DNA of 64,000 bases from Candidatus Falkowbacteria bacterium CG10_big_fil_rev_8_21_14_0_10_39_11 (GTDB lineage Bacteria > Patescibacteriota > Patescibacteriia > UBA11705): assembly GCA_002773615.1 (NCBI GenBank), contig PFAP01000011.1, positions 8,307 through 72,306 on the forward strand, read 5' to 3'. This document shows, in pieces, positions 8,443 through 17,162 of this stretch. The notes below the pieces were generated by a model. It did no database searches, was not told where the DNA came from, and worked only from the letters and a program-made list of their open reading frames with translations. Within the stretch, counting starts at the first letter, position 1; each line of letters begins with the position of its first letter. The translations under genes and the position numbers were made by a program.

Positions 8443-9150
8443 TTATTGTGGCCAATTGCGACCTGGATCAGCTTTGAATGACTGTCTGATTTGGGCAATC
8501 TCACTAAACCGATCATGCATTTCATCATTCACCGTATACTGTCCTTGTTCAAAAGTATAAACCCACCCCCAAATATCATTTCTAGCCACAAGCATAGATG
8601 GTGCTCTTTCCGGGTTCAATTCTACATATTTATTCCACTCTTCCAGACTCCAAACGGTCACCGCAAACAAATCGTCCTGAGCCGGAAAACCAAAATAAAA
8701 AGTCTTTATTGACACTGGTCCGCCATAATCATTACTCGATTCTCTAACTTCAAAATCAGCCCAACTTGCTGGGAAAGTCATCGCAAATTCATAATCTCGA
8801 TTGTAATATTGAACCGTTTGCTCGATAGGGCGTTCATTTTCATCTCCGGTACCCATCATTTCATCCATCATACTGTCAATTTCATCAACCTTCAAATCTG
8901 TAAGACTGCCATCTTCTTCTTGAATTCTATCAGTATTATTCTCTTGATATTCGTTAATTTTACTTTCCAAATTTTTGATCGTGATTTGCTGTTCAGTTAC
9001 GATCGGTTCAAAAATCACATAGGCCAAAAGCCAAACCAAAAGCCCAACAAAAACCGCCGTTACAAACACAGCAATCATCACAGTCTGAATCAATCGATGA
9101 TCTTTTTTTATCTCTTCTTTTTTCTCCGGTGATAATATTTGTTCATCCAT
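8443..9150 (-). CDS. Hypothetical membrane-anchored protein with an acidic extracytoplasmic domain
   Basis: N-terminal TM (VMIAVFVTAVFVGLLVWLLAYVIF) then a 180-aa soluble region; no recognisable motif. Confidence 0.4.
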   Translation of the reverse strand: MDEQILSPEKKEEIKKDHRLIQTVMIAVFVTAVFVGLLVWLLAYVIFEPIVTEQQITIKNLESKINEYQENNTDRIQEEDGSLTDLKVDEIDSMMDEMMGTGDENERPIEQTVQYYNRDYEFAMTFPASWADFEVRESSNDYGGPVSIKTFYFGFPAQDDLFAVTVWSLEEWNKYVELNPERAPSMLVARNDIWGWVYTFEQGQYTVNDEMHDRFSEIAQIRQSFKADPGRNWPQ

Positions 9151-9153
9151 AAA

Positions 9154-9450
9154 TTACTTTAATAAATTTTTCAATACATCAACATCAATATTTTGTACAT
9201 TCCCTGATTGCAGACTATCCACCTGATCAAAAACCCCAGAATAAGATTGAACCATCTCTTTGATTAATGGCGGAAGAAAAATAATCGCCAAAACAATCGG
9301 CAAAACAATCACTACCAACTTGAGAATATTCAAAATTCGAATCCACATTATGTACTTGCGAATTTTTTCCGTATTTTCATAAACCTTTTTAGTGTAATCC
9401 AAATTTCGCTGCAAAAGCATCTCCATTTTCTTGTAATCAAATCCCTCCAT
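9154..9450 (-). CDS. Hypothetical small membrane protein
   Basis: 98 aa with a central hydrophobic hairpin; its start abuts the stop of 8443..9150. Confidence 0.35.
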   Translation of the reverse strand: MEGFDYKKMEMLLQRNLDYTKKVYENTEKIRKYIMWIRILNILKLVVIVLPIVLAIIFLPPLIKEMVQSYSGVFDQVDSLQSGNVQNIDVDVLKNLLK

Positions 9451-9521
9451 ATAGGTATAAAATGCTAAATTATAAATCCTAAATTCTCCGTCTTAGGCGG
9501 ATGCGCCTTTGGCGCATAAAT

Positions 9522-9962
9522 TTAAAAAAAGTCATACAAAATACAGCTCGGTTCATAATACCCGCGAATGTTAAACTTCTCACGAACCCGAGTCATCAAA
9601 TCAGATCTAAAACTTCTGGCTTCAAAAATCATGTCACCACGATAATCATAAAATTGACGTGAAAACCAGTTTAATTTTGGCTTCTCCAAATCAACAACAA
9701 TCCATGAGCCCGAATCATTATTTAATCCCACAATTTTGTCAGCCTCCGTAAAACAACTGCATATCAAATCATTTGATGGTCTATTTGCGGCGGACAACAC
9801 TTGAGAATTTACGCAGTCAGTCAGTTCTTTCTTATAATCATTCAACTTCCAACCCAAATAAGCCGTAAAACAAAGTCTTGGAATAAAAACATATGAAACA
9901 AAAAGAATAACCAAAGCAACCAATATCCAAATAATAATTTTCCCGCCGTATAAATGTTTCAT
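9522..9962 (-). CDS. Hypothetical membrane-anchored protein (start at MKHLYGG)
   Basis: N-terminal TM then a soluble Cys-containing domain; no family recognised. Confidence 0.35.
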   Translation of the reverse strand: MKHLYGGKIIIWILVALVILFVSYVFIPRLCFTAYLGWKLNDYKKELTDCVNSQVLSAANRPSNDLICSCFTEADKIVGLNNDSGSWIVVDLEKPKLNWFSRQFYDYRGDMIFEARSFRSDLMTRVREKFNIRGYYEPSCILYDFF

Positions 9963-10007
9963 ATCCACCTCACAATTTATCGGTTCCTCTAAACTGAGAA
10001 CTCCAGA

Positions 10008-10703
10008 TTACCTCACCTTACACACTTTAAACCAATCTTTAATTTCATTTCTAATGGCCTCTAAATCTTTGAGTAAAAATTTATTTTCGGACACAAATTC
10101 CTGATTGACCAATTCCGGCTCTGACCGGAACCTTTGGATATAATAAGCATCAGCCCCCTTCACCTGTTTCGCCATTCTTATTATATCTTCCGCCGTATGC
10201 AATCCCGGCAATACTGTCGACCGAAATTCATGCGGCAAACCACTTTCTCTTATAATTTTAACACTTTGCTTGAGTTTATCCAAATCAACTTTCACTCCCA
10301 CCACCTGTTCATACTTGTTCCATGGCGCCTTAATATCCATTGCAATATAATCAATCAAATCTTTCTTCATTAACTTTTGAATAATATGAGGTCTGAGACC
10401 ATTGGTATCCAGTTTTATTTTGTAACCCAAATCTTTTATTGATTCGCACACCTCTACAATATCTTTTTGCAAAGTCGGCTCACCACCAGTAATACAAACT
10501 CCATCCAGCAATTTTTTTCTTGCTCGCAAAAAATCCAGCACATCCTTTTCCGTTTTCAAACCTTCGCCAAACTTCTCAGGCAAAACCAATGCCGGATTAT
10601 GACAAAAGTGACATCGAAAATTGCAGCCAACCGTAAAAATCGTGGCGGCTACCTGCCCCGGATAATCAAGCAATGTCATTTGTTGTAAACCACCTATTAA
10701 CAT
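10008..10703 (-). CDS. nrdG: Anaerobic ribonucleoside-triphosphate reductase activating protein (radical SAM)
   Basis: CNFRCHFCHNP (CxxxCxxC cluster motif) plus a glycine-rich SAM site GGEPTL; adjacent to nrdD. Confidence 0.85.
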   Translation of the reverse strand: MLIGGLQQMTLLDYPGQVAATIFTVGCNFRCHFCHNPALVLPEKFGEGLKTEKDVLDFLRARKKLLDGVCITGGEPTLQKDIVEVCESIKDLGYKIKLDTNGLRPHIIQKLMKKDLIDYIAMDIKAPWNKYEQVVGVKVDLDKLKQSVKIIRESGLPHEFRSTVLPGLHTAEDIIRMAKQVKGADAYYIQRFRSEPELVNQEFVSENKFLLKDLEAIRNEIKDWFKVCKVR

Positions 10704-10762
10704 AATGAGTAATTAGTAAAAAGTAATATGTAATAAGTAAAATGTAAAGAGTAATCAATAGT
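10704..10762. repeat. Tandem heptad repeat (NNNGTAA)x7-8 between the nrdD fragment and nrdG
   Basis: TAATGAGTAA TTAGTAA AAAGTAA TATGTAA TAAGTAA AATGTAA AGAGTAA, periodicity 7. Confidence 0.6.
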
Positions 10763-10983
10763 CAGGGAACAGTTGTGAGTTATCAGTTGTCAATAATGAG
10801 TATTTTGATTAAATTCGCACATTCGCAACAATCGCGAACCTCTATACCATTCACCTAATTTCCCGTTCTATTTTCCCGCTTCCAACCACTATCCACTATT
10901 CACATTTTCTCCAAATCCTCATTCAGATACAAAGCCCCCGACCAAAGCCGAGGGACAATATTTTGAAATAAAATTAACTACAA

Positions 10984-11169
10984 CTATTTTTCACAGCTAA
11001 CAGAAAGCATTTTATCAAACTCTTTTCGATCGCCAAATTCGGCCTTTTTACCTTTATTCCAACGATGAACTGGGCTCAAATATCCGACCACACGAGAATA
11101 CACCTCACACTTTTGTCTTTGTAGCTTTTCTGCTGGCATACTTTTTGTTTTTATTTTCTTGGTCGACAA
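10984..11169 (-). CDS. Separate small ORF encoding the NrdD glycyl-radical C-terminal domain (RVVGYL...NKGKKAEFGDR)
   Basis: CEVYSRVVGYLSPVHRWNKGKKAEFGDRKEF matches the class III RNR glycyl-radical signature. It lies 88 bp downstream of the nrdD stop, in a different frame. It has only a TTG or a weak-RBS ATG start. Confidence 0.55.
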   Translation of the reverse strand: MSTKKIKTKSMPAEKLQRQKCEVYSRVVGYLSPVHRWNKGKKAEFGDRKEFDKMLSVSCEK

Positions 11170-11257
11170 CTTTTTTTGTTATTGATCCAAGATCATGATT
11201 AAGCATTATTATTTTATAACTTTTTTAACAACTTTACCACCACAATATTTATCCACA

Positions 11258-13315
11258 TTACAGACTCCTTCTAAGCATTTCATCCGCATGCTCCACATAA
11301 CCCATTTCTTCATCACATTTGGGACAAAATTCGTGTTCACCAGACAAATATCCATGAACTGGACAAACACTAAAGGTTGGAGTGATTGTAAAATAAGGTA
11401 ATTTAAAATTTTCAGCAATTTTTTTGACTAAACTCTTGGTACTTTCCGCTGATGGCATATTTTCACCCAAAAAACCATGTAAAACCGTTCCACCGGTATA
11501 GCGAGTCTGCAAATCATCCTGCAATTTCAAAGCTTCAAAGATATCATCTGTATAGCCGACCGGCAATTGTGATGAATTTGTATAATATGGATCAGCTCCC
11601 TCTTCCTGCACCGCCTTTTCATTAGCTACAATAATATCAGGAAACTGTTTTTTGTCCAAACGAGCAAAACGATAAGCTGTACCTTCCGCTGGAGTCGCTT
11701 CCAAATTAAATAGCTGATTAGTCTCATTCTGGTAGTCCATGAGTCGCTCACGCATAAAATCAAGCGTCTGACGAGCGAATTTATGACCTTCAACCGTTGT
11801 AATATCTTGCCCCAACAGATTCAAGGCCGCTTCATTCATACCATTTAGTCCGATAGTATTAAAATGATTCTTCCAATATTCATCAAACCGCTCCTTGATT
11901 CCACTCAAATAATACATCGAGTATGGGTACAAACCATTATTGGTAAACTCTTCCAATACTTTTCGTTTGATATCCAAGCTTTGCTTGGCCAAATCCATCA
12001 ATTCACCAATTCTCTCAAAATATTCTTCCTTATCTTTGGCCACATAGGCAGCCCGAGGCAAGTTAATCGTTACCACTCCTATTGACCCAGTCAATGGATT
12101 GGCTCCAAACAACCCTCCGCCACGTTTTCTAAGCTCACGATTATCAAGCCGCAATCGACAACACATACTACGAGCATCATCAGGACTCATGTCACTATTA
12201 ATAAAATTAGAAAAATAAGGAATACCATACTTTGCGGTCATTTCCATTATCTTGTCAATAATAGCATTGTCCCAATCCCAATCAGCGGTCACATTATAGG
12301 TTGGAATTGGCCAACTAAGCACTCGACCACTCTTATCGCCCTCAATCATCACTTCAATAAAAGCCTGATTAAACATATCCATTTCCATTTGAAATTCACC
12401 ATATTTCTCTTTTTGTGGTTTTCCACCGATAATCACTGACTCCTCAGCCAAACTTTTAGGGACAAATAAGTCCAAAGTAACATTGGTAAAAGGTGTCTGA
12501 AAACCAACTCTGGTTGGCACATTGATATTGTACAAAAACATCTGGAGCTGCTGTCTTACTTGCTCGTAATCCAAGTTGTCATAACGAATAAACGGCGCGG
12601 CCAAAGTATCAAAACTGGAAACAGCCTGAGCGCCAGCAGCTTCGCCTTGTAAAGTATAGAAGAAATTGACCAACTGGCTGAGAGCTGTAGCAAAATGTTT
12701 TGGCGGTTTGCTCTGAACCTTTCCTCTCACCCCACCAAAACCACGCATAATTAAATCTTTAAAATCCCACCCACAACAATATGGCGCCAAAAGCTGTAAA
12801 TCATGAATGTGAAAATCACCATTCACATGAGCATCTTTGATATTTGGCGGATAAATCTTATTGAGCCAATAATGAGAGCTAATCGTAGAGGCGACATAAT
12901 TGTTCAATCCTTGCAGCGAATAATCCATATTGGAATTCTCTTTCACTCGCCAATCCTTGAGCTTCAAATAATCATCCATCAACTCATCAGAATTTATCAT
13001 GGCATCAAGATCTCTCATCTTAGCGTGTTGATCTCGATAAATAATATACGCCTTGGCCGCCTGAATATACTTGGCTTCAATCAATGTATTCTCGACCATA
13101 TCTTGAGCCTCTTCTACCGCTGGGATAGTTCGCTCATGAAATTTCTCATTCAATTTCTTGATTACCAAATCAGTCAATGATTCAGCCTCTTCATTTCCCC
13201 CTGATTTAGTTGCCTGCAATGCTTTAAAAATTGCCGTTTGAAGTTTCGCTTGGTCAAAATCAACAATGCGTCCATCACGCTTGCGAATTTGAATTATTTT
13301 GTTGCCTGCGTACAT
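11258..13315 (-). CDS. nrdD: Anaerobic ribonucleoside-triphosphate reductase catalytic body (ATP-cone + class III RNR barrel + C-terminal Zn site), lacking an in-frame glycyl-radical loop
   Basis: N-terminal ATP-cone (KIIQIRKRDGRIVDFDQAKLQTAI), long class III RNR core, C-terminal CPVHGYLSGEHEFCPKC. Confidence 0.85.
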   Translation of the reverse strand: MYAGNKIIQIRKRDGRIVDFDQAKLQTAIFKALQATKSGGNEEAESLTDLVIKKLNEKFHERTIPAVEEAQDMVENTLIEAKYIQAAKAYIIYRDQHAKMRDLDAMINSDELMDDYLKLKDWRVKENSNMDYSLQGLNNYVASTISSHYWLNKIYPPNIKDAHVNGDFHIHDLQLLAPYCCGWDFKDLIMRGFGGVRGKVQSKPPKHFATALSQLVNFFYTLQGEAAGAQAVSSFDTLAAPFIRYDNLDYEQVRQQLQMFLYNINVPTRVGFQTPFTNVTLDLFVPKSLAEESVIIGGKPQKEKYGEFQMEMDMFNQAFIEVMIEGDKSGRVLSWPIPTYNVTADWDWDNAIIDKIMEMTAKYGIPYFSNFINSDMSPDDARSMCCRLRLDNRELRKRGGGLFGANPLTGSIGVVTINLPRAAYVAKDKEEYFERIGELMDLAKQSLDIKRKVLEEFTNNGLYPYSMYYLSGIKERFDEYWKNHFNTIGLNGMNEAALNLLGQDITTVEGHKFARQTLDFMRERLMDYQNETNQLFNLEATPAEGTAYRFARLDKKQFPDIIVANEKAVQEEGADPYYTNSSQLPVGYTDDIFEALKLQDDLQTRYTGGTVLHGFLGENMPSAESTKSLVKKIAENFKLPYFTITPTFSVCPVHGYLSGEHEFCPKCDEEMGYVEHADEMLRRSL

Positions 13316-13389
13316 ACTCTAATTATATATATTTAATTATTATCATAAAAAACATTCGTAGTATTTGCCATCAATTCGTAAATTTGTTA

Positions 13390-13860
13390 TTACTTCTTCC
13401 TTATCAACTTCTTGACCTCTTCTTCAAACTCCTCAGCATCAGTGAATAACTTGTAAACGGAAGCAAAACGAATATAGGCCACTTTATCTACCTTTTTTAA
13501 ATTTTTCATCACAATCGCTCCAACATCTTCACTTGAAATTACCGATCCTTCTTTTTTATTTTTGATAAACACCTGAATATCCCGTTCAATATTATTCACC
13601 AACTTTTTGAACTTTTCAACATCAAACTCTCGCTTTTCCAACGCTCGTCTAAGGCCTTTTTCCATTTTTTCTCGCGAATAAGATTCTCGATTTCCATCAC
13701 GTTTCAAAACAGAAACATCAAGAAGCTCAACCTCTTCATAAGTTGAAAATCGAAAATTACACTTGCTGCACTCTCTTCGTCGACGAATAGCTAGGCCATC
13801 AGCCGCCACCCTTGAATCCAGCACTTTTGTGTCTTCATTGTAACAAACTGGGCATTTCAT
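13390..13860 (-). CDS. nrdR: Transcriptional repressor NrdR (Zn-ribbon + ATP-cone)
   Basis: MKCPVCYNEDTKVLDSRVAADGLAIRRRRECSKCNFRFSTYE is a near-textbook NrdR N-terminus. Confidence 0.9.
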   Translation of the reverse strand: MKCPVCYNEDTKVLDSRVAADGLAIRRRRECSKCNFRFSTYEEVELLDVSVLKRDGNRESYSREKMEKGLRRALEKREFDVEKFKKLVNNIERDIQVFIKNKKEGSVISSEDVGAIVMKNLKKVDKVAYIRFASVYKLFTDAEEFEEEVKKLIRKK

Positions 13861-13865
13861 AATTC

Positions 13866-13912
13866 TCCATATATGGTATTTATTAACTAAATTATACCAC
13901 TATATGTAGTAG
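13866..13912 (-). promoter_or_regulatory. Candidate NrdR-box pair upstream of nrdR (CCATATATGG and CCACTATATGTAGT)
   Basis: Two AT-centred imperfect palindromes ~29 bp apart, resembling the NrdR box consensus acaCwAtATaTwGtgt as I recall it. Confidence 0.3.
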
Positions 13913-14027
13913 CCGCCAAATATCCGGCCTTTACTCAAATTCTGGTAAAAAAACTAGTGTCGTTAAATTTAATACCGCAAAAAACTACACTTATCCACAA
14001 ACAAAAAAGAGGTTTGTTAACCTCTAA

Positions 14028-14903
14028 TCAACTCAACAATGTACGATTATTATTGCTGGTGTCATAAAACATCTCAATCTCGACTCTCTCAACCGATCTA
14101 AATTCATCAAAATACACCGAGTTCCCAGCCAACAAGCCTGTATCAACTCTATGAATTCTATATGCCCGACTAATCTGCCCAGGGAAAGCCCAAAATTCAT
14201 AAATCACGTCCTTACGCTCAATCACAAACCAAGTCTTGGTCACAGCATCATAACCACCGTCAAGCACTGCTTTCATCAGATCTGCCGACGGATTAATACA
14301 AATACTCGTGCCGACTTCTGGCATCATAAGCATTGGAAAATCACCGGTCGTATCACCACAAGCCCAAATCTTTGCCCTCGGCACATCAGGAAAACGTTCA
14401 AGCACACCGCGGATCACTTTTTGCTTACCTTCACGATCTAACAGTGTTCGCTCACCAGTAAAAACACCATCTTTTTTAAACATTTTAGTTCCATGAGCCT
14501 CATGCATTCCCCAAGCTCGGGCAAAAGCCTTGACCGCACTCTCAGGTGAGGCACTGATTCCACACACAAACCAACCATCATCAATTTTCTTTTGTATCAA
14601 AGCCCGAGAAAAACGATATAGATTGTTCTTTTCCCGGCTCAAAACTCGCTCGACCACAGCATCATACTCACTGACCGCTACTCCAGCCAAATTAGCCTCA
14701 AACAATCTGACTGCCTTCATCATATAATCATCAAAAGAACCCTCTCGTGCTTCCCAGCTTTCTTTGAAAGCATCAATCTCAGCCGCCACCTGCTCATTCA
14801 GCAAACCAACCCTGACCATCTCATGTACGATATCCAAAAAAATTGAATTACGCTTCACCGTTCCATCAAAATCAGTCAAAAGAACACCTTTGGGTTGCTT
14901 CAT
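14028..14903 (-). CDS. HAD-superfamily hydrolase (subfamily IB-like)
   Basis: LTDFDGT motif I near the N-terminus, GDTTGD motif IV; visibly higher GC than neighbours. Confidence 0.65.
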   Translation of the reverse strand: MKQPKGVLLTDFDGTVKRNSIFLDIVHEMVRVGLLNEQVAAEIDAFKESWEAREGSFDDYMMKAVRLFEANLAGVAVSEYDAVVERVLSREKNNLYRFSRALIQKKIDDGWFVCGISASPESAVKAFARAWGMHEAHGTKMFKKDGVFTGERTLLDREGKQKVIRGVLERFPDVPRAKIWACGDTTGDFPMLMMPEVGTSICINPSADLMKAVLDGGYDAVTKTWFVIERKDVIYEFWAFPGQISRAYRIHRVDTGLLAGNSVYFDEFRSVERVEIEMFYDTSNNNRTLLS

Positions 14904-15055
14904 CTTGCCTCCTCCTGTTTGAGTGCCGCGAATTAACGCGTCTTAGATTACTCAGCATCCACCAATTGTGAAATCATCGATAAGACAAATTCCGCCCTTT
15001 CCTGAATCATTCCTACAGGCACATCGATAATCCGATACCCCAAACTCTCATAGGC

Positions 15056-15502
15056 CTACCGCACCAAATCAGCATCGTGGCTAGCTTGACTGAAACTTTC
15101 CTGCCGGACTCCATCGTTGGTATAAATCTCCGGCCACGGGGGGCAGAAGAAAACCATATCAGCATATCGGAATTTTTCACAGGCATCGAGGCAAAATTCT
15201 GATGGTTTTAGACCGTCTTTCAAATAATATGCGATTTCATCCGGCAAGCCTCTATCAAAAATACAAACATGGCTATCAGATGCCGTGACAAAATCCGCCA
15301 CCCTCCGACGAACAATAATCATCTGAAATTGTTGACGATTTTTCCATGGAAGATTCGGGCTATCCTCCCGAATCATACTTTCAATAATTTCCCGCGTGCC
15401 CTCAGCTACAGTTAGAACCCCCAAACGCTTTAATTCTTCCACCAATGAGGTTTTGCCTGAACCGGAGCAGCCCGTAATCACGAACTTCTTGTTATGATTC
15501 AT
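15056..15502 (-). CDS. P-loop NTPase / small kinase-like protein (start at MNHNKK with GGAGG RBS)
   Basis: Walker A ITGCSGSGKTS; GC-elevated like the adjacent HAD gene. Confidence 0.55.
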   Translation of the reverse strand: MNHNKKFVITGCSGSGKTSLVEELKRLGVLTVAEGTREIIESMIREDSPNLPWKNRQQFQMIIVRRRVADFVTASDSHVCIFDRGLPDEIAYYLKDGLKPSEFCLDACEKFRYADMVFFCPPWPEIYTNDGVRQESFSQASHDADLVR

Positions 15503-15845
15503 CCGCTTCCTCCCGCTGGGTATTAGCAAAAATTATCATATTTTTATAAATATGTCAATCAAAAAAACCAGCGAATCACTCCGCTGATTTTTTATTTTTT
15601 GTAAAATACTTTCACTACGAACGACTTGTCAGTTTCCCGTTTATTTTGTAAAAATCACAAACACTATTTGCCTAGCTTTCGTAGTTACAGTTAACCTCTT
15701 TTGTAAAAGCCAATTCATCAAGCAGTATAACTTCCGCCGCGCCCCTGCCTACCGGACATTCGGCGAACTCAATCGAGCCACAGGCAAGTAATTTTCGTCG
15801 TATCAGTATATTCGTAATCTAGTATTCGTACATTTGTAACAATAA

Positions 15846-17084
15846 TTACATCATTTTTTTCCGAATAAACGCCGGGATATCCAATTCATCATCATTTGAT
15901 CCAGATTCGGACGTTTTTCTTGGCCCCTCAGATCGTACCTCTTCTTGTATTTGTTGTTGACCCTGTGATGCTTGAGTCGCATTACTCATAAAATTATTAA
16001 CCATCTGGGAAGCATTATCCGCCACCTTTACTTCTTCTTTTTTTTCTTCTTTTATTTCAGGAGAAGACGATTTAGCTTGAAAATAATTTATTGGTTCATT
16101 ACTAACTTTCAAGATGTTATCCTTGGCAACCTTTTCGTCAAAACCGGTTGCCACCACCGTAATTTTAATTTCATCTTGTAATTTATCATTATGAACCGCT
16201 CCAAAGATAATTTTGGCATCCGCATCAACTGAATCAGTAATAACTTTAGCCGCTTCACTCACTTCATACATAGTCAAACTTTCACCGCCAGCAATTGTGA
16301 ACAAAATTCCCTTTGCGCCTTCCACTGAAATTTCTAGCAACGGACTGGAGACAGCTCCTTTAGCCGCCTCGATTGCACGATTGTCCCCACTAGCAATTCC
16401 CATACCCATCAAAGCTGATCCGCTAGATTTCATAATTGCTTTTACATCAGCAAAGTCGACATTGATAAGACCGGGTAAGGTGATCAATTCTGAAATCCCT
16501 TGAACACCTTGTCTCAAAACTTCATCAACCACCTTAAACGCATCAATCAATGGTGTTTTTTTATCTATCAATTGCCAAATTCGATCATTTGGAATTGTAA
16601 TTAAAGTATCAACTTTTTGACTCAGATTTTCTAAACTTTCTTCAGCAATTCTTCGTCGTGGACCACCTTCAAAAGAAAAAGGCTTGGTCACAACCGCAAT
16701 GGTCAAAATCCCCATTTCTTTAGAGATTTCCGCCACCACTGGAGACGCACCAGAACCGGTACCACCACCTAATCCACATGTAATAAACAAAAGATCGGTC
16801 CCCTTTAACAGTTCTCTGATTTCATTTTGAGATTCTTCAGCTGATTTTCGACCCAAACCTGGATCCATACCAGCCCCCAAACCTCTAGTTGTCGTTCGTC
16901 CAATATGGACCTTATAATCTGCCGCACTATTTTGTAATGCTTGTAGATCAGTATTTACGGCCACAAACTCTACGCCTTTAACTCCGTTTTCAATCATTCG
17001 ATTAACTGCTGATCCGCCTCCGCCTCCAACACCGATCACCTTTATTTTCGCAAAGGTTTCAATTTCCGGTTTAATTTCTGGCAT
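15846..17084 (-). CDS. ftsZ: Cell division GTPase FtsZ
   Basis: Tubulin signature GGGTGSG, T7 loop, disordered Q/E-rich C-terminal tail ending DIPAFIRKK. Confidence 0.95.
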   Translation of the reverse strand: MPEIKPEIETFAKIKVIGVGGGGGSAVNRMIENGVKGVEFVAVNTDLQALQNSAADYKVHIGRTTTRGLGAGMDPGLGRKSAEESQNEIRELLKGTDLLFITCGLGGGTGSGASPVVAEISKEMGILTIAVVTKPFSFEGGPRRRIAEESLENLSQKVDTLITIPNDRIWQLIDKKTPLIDAFKVVDEVLRQGVQGISELITLPGLINVDFADVKAIMKSSGSALMGMGIASGDNRAIEAAKGAVSSPLLEISVEGAKGILFTIAGGESLTMYEVSEAAKVITDSVDADAKIIFGAVHNDKLQDEIKITVVATGFDEKVAKDNILKVSNEPINYFQAKSSSPEIKEEKKEEVKVADNASQMVNNFMSNATQASQGQQQIQEEVRSEGPRKTSESGSNDDELDIPAFIRKKMM

Positions 17085-17162
17085 ATTTCAATAAATCAAT
17101 AATTAAACCTCCTCGTTCACGCCACAATATATAAAACATGTATCTTATAAAACTAAAATAAT

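Noticed and set aside
9495-9520. Hairpin ATGCGCC-TTTG-GCGCAT between two minus-strand genes as a terminator
   Set aside because: On the transcribed (minus) strand the U-run precedes rather than follows the stem, and on the plus strand it is followed by an A-run; not a canonical intrinsic terminator in either orientation.
11170-11257. Possibility that the 88-bp gap inside nrdD is a self-splicing intron (as in phage T4 nrdD)
   Set aside because: Far too short for a group I/II intron, with no recognisable P-element pairings; a two-piece gene or frameshift errors are more plausible.
11209-11418. 69-aa minus-strand ORF overlapping the 3' end of nrdD in another frame
   Set aside because: Not an independent gene; retained only as evidence that the nrdD C-terminal region may have suffered frameshifts (see split-nrdD finding).
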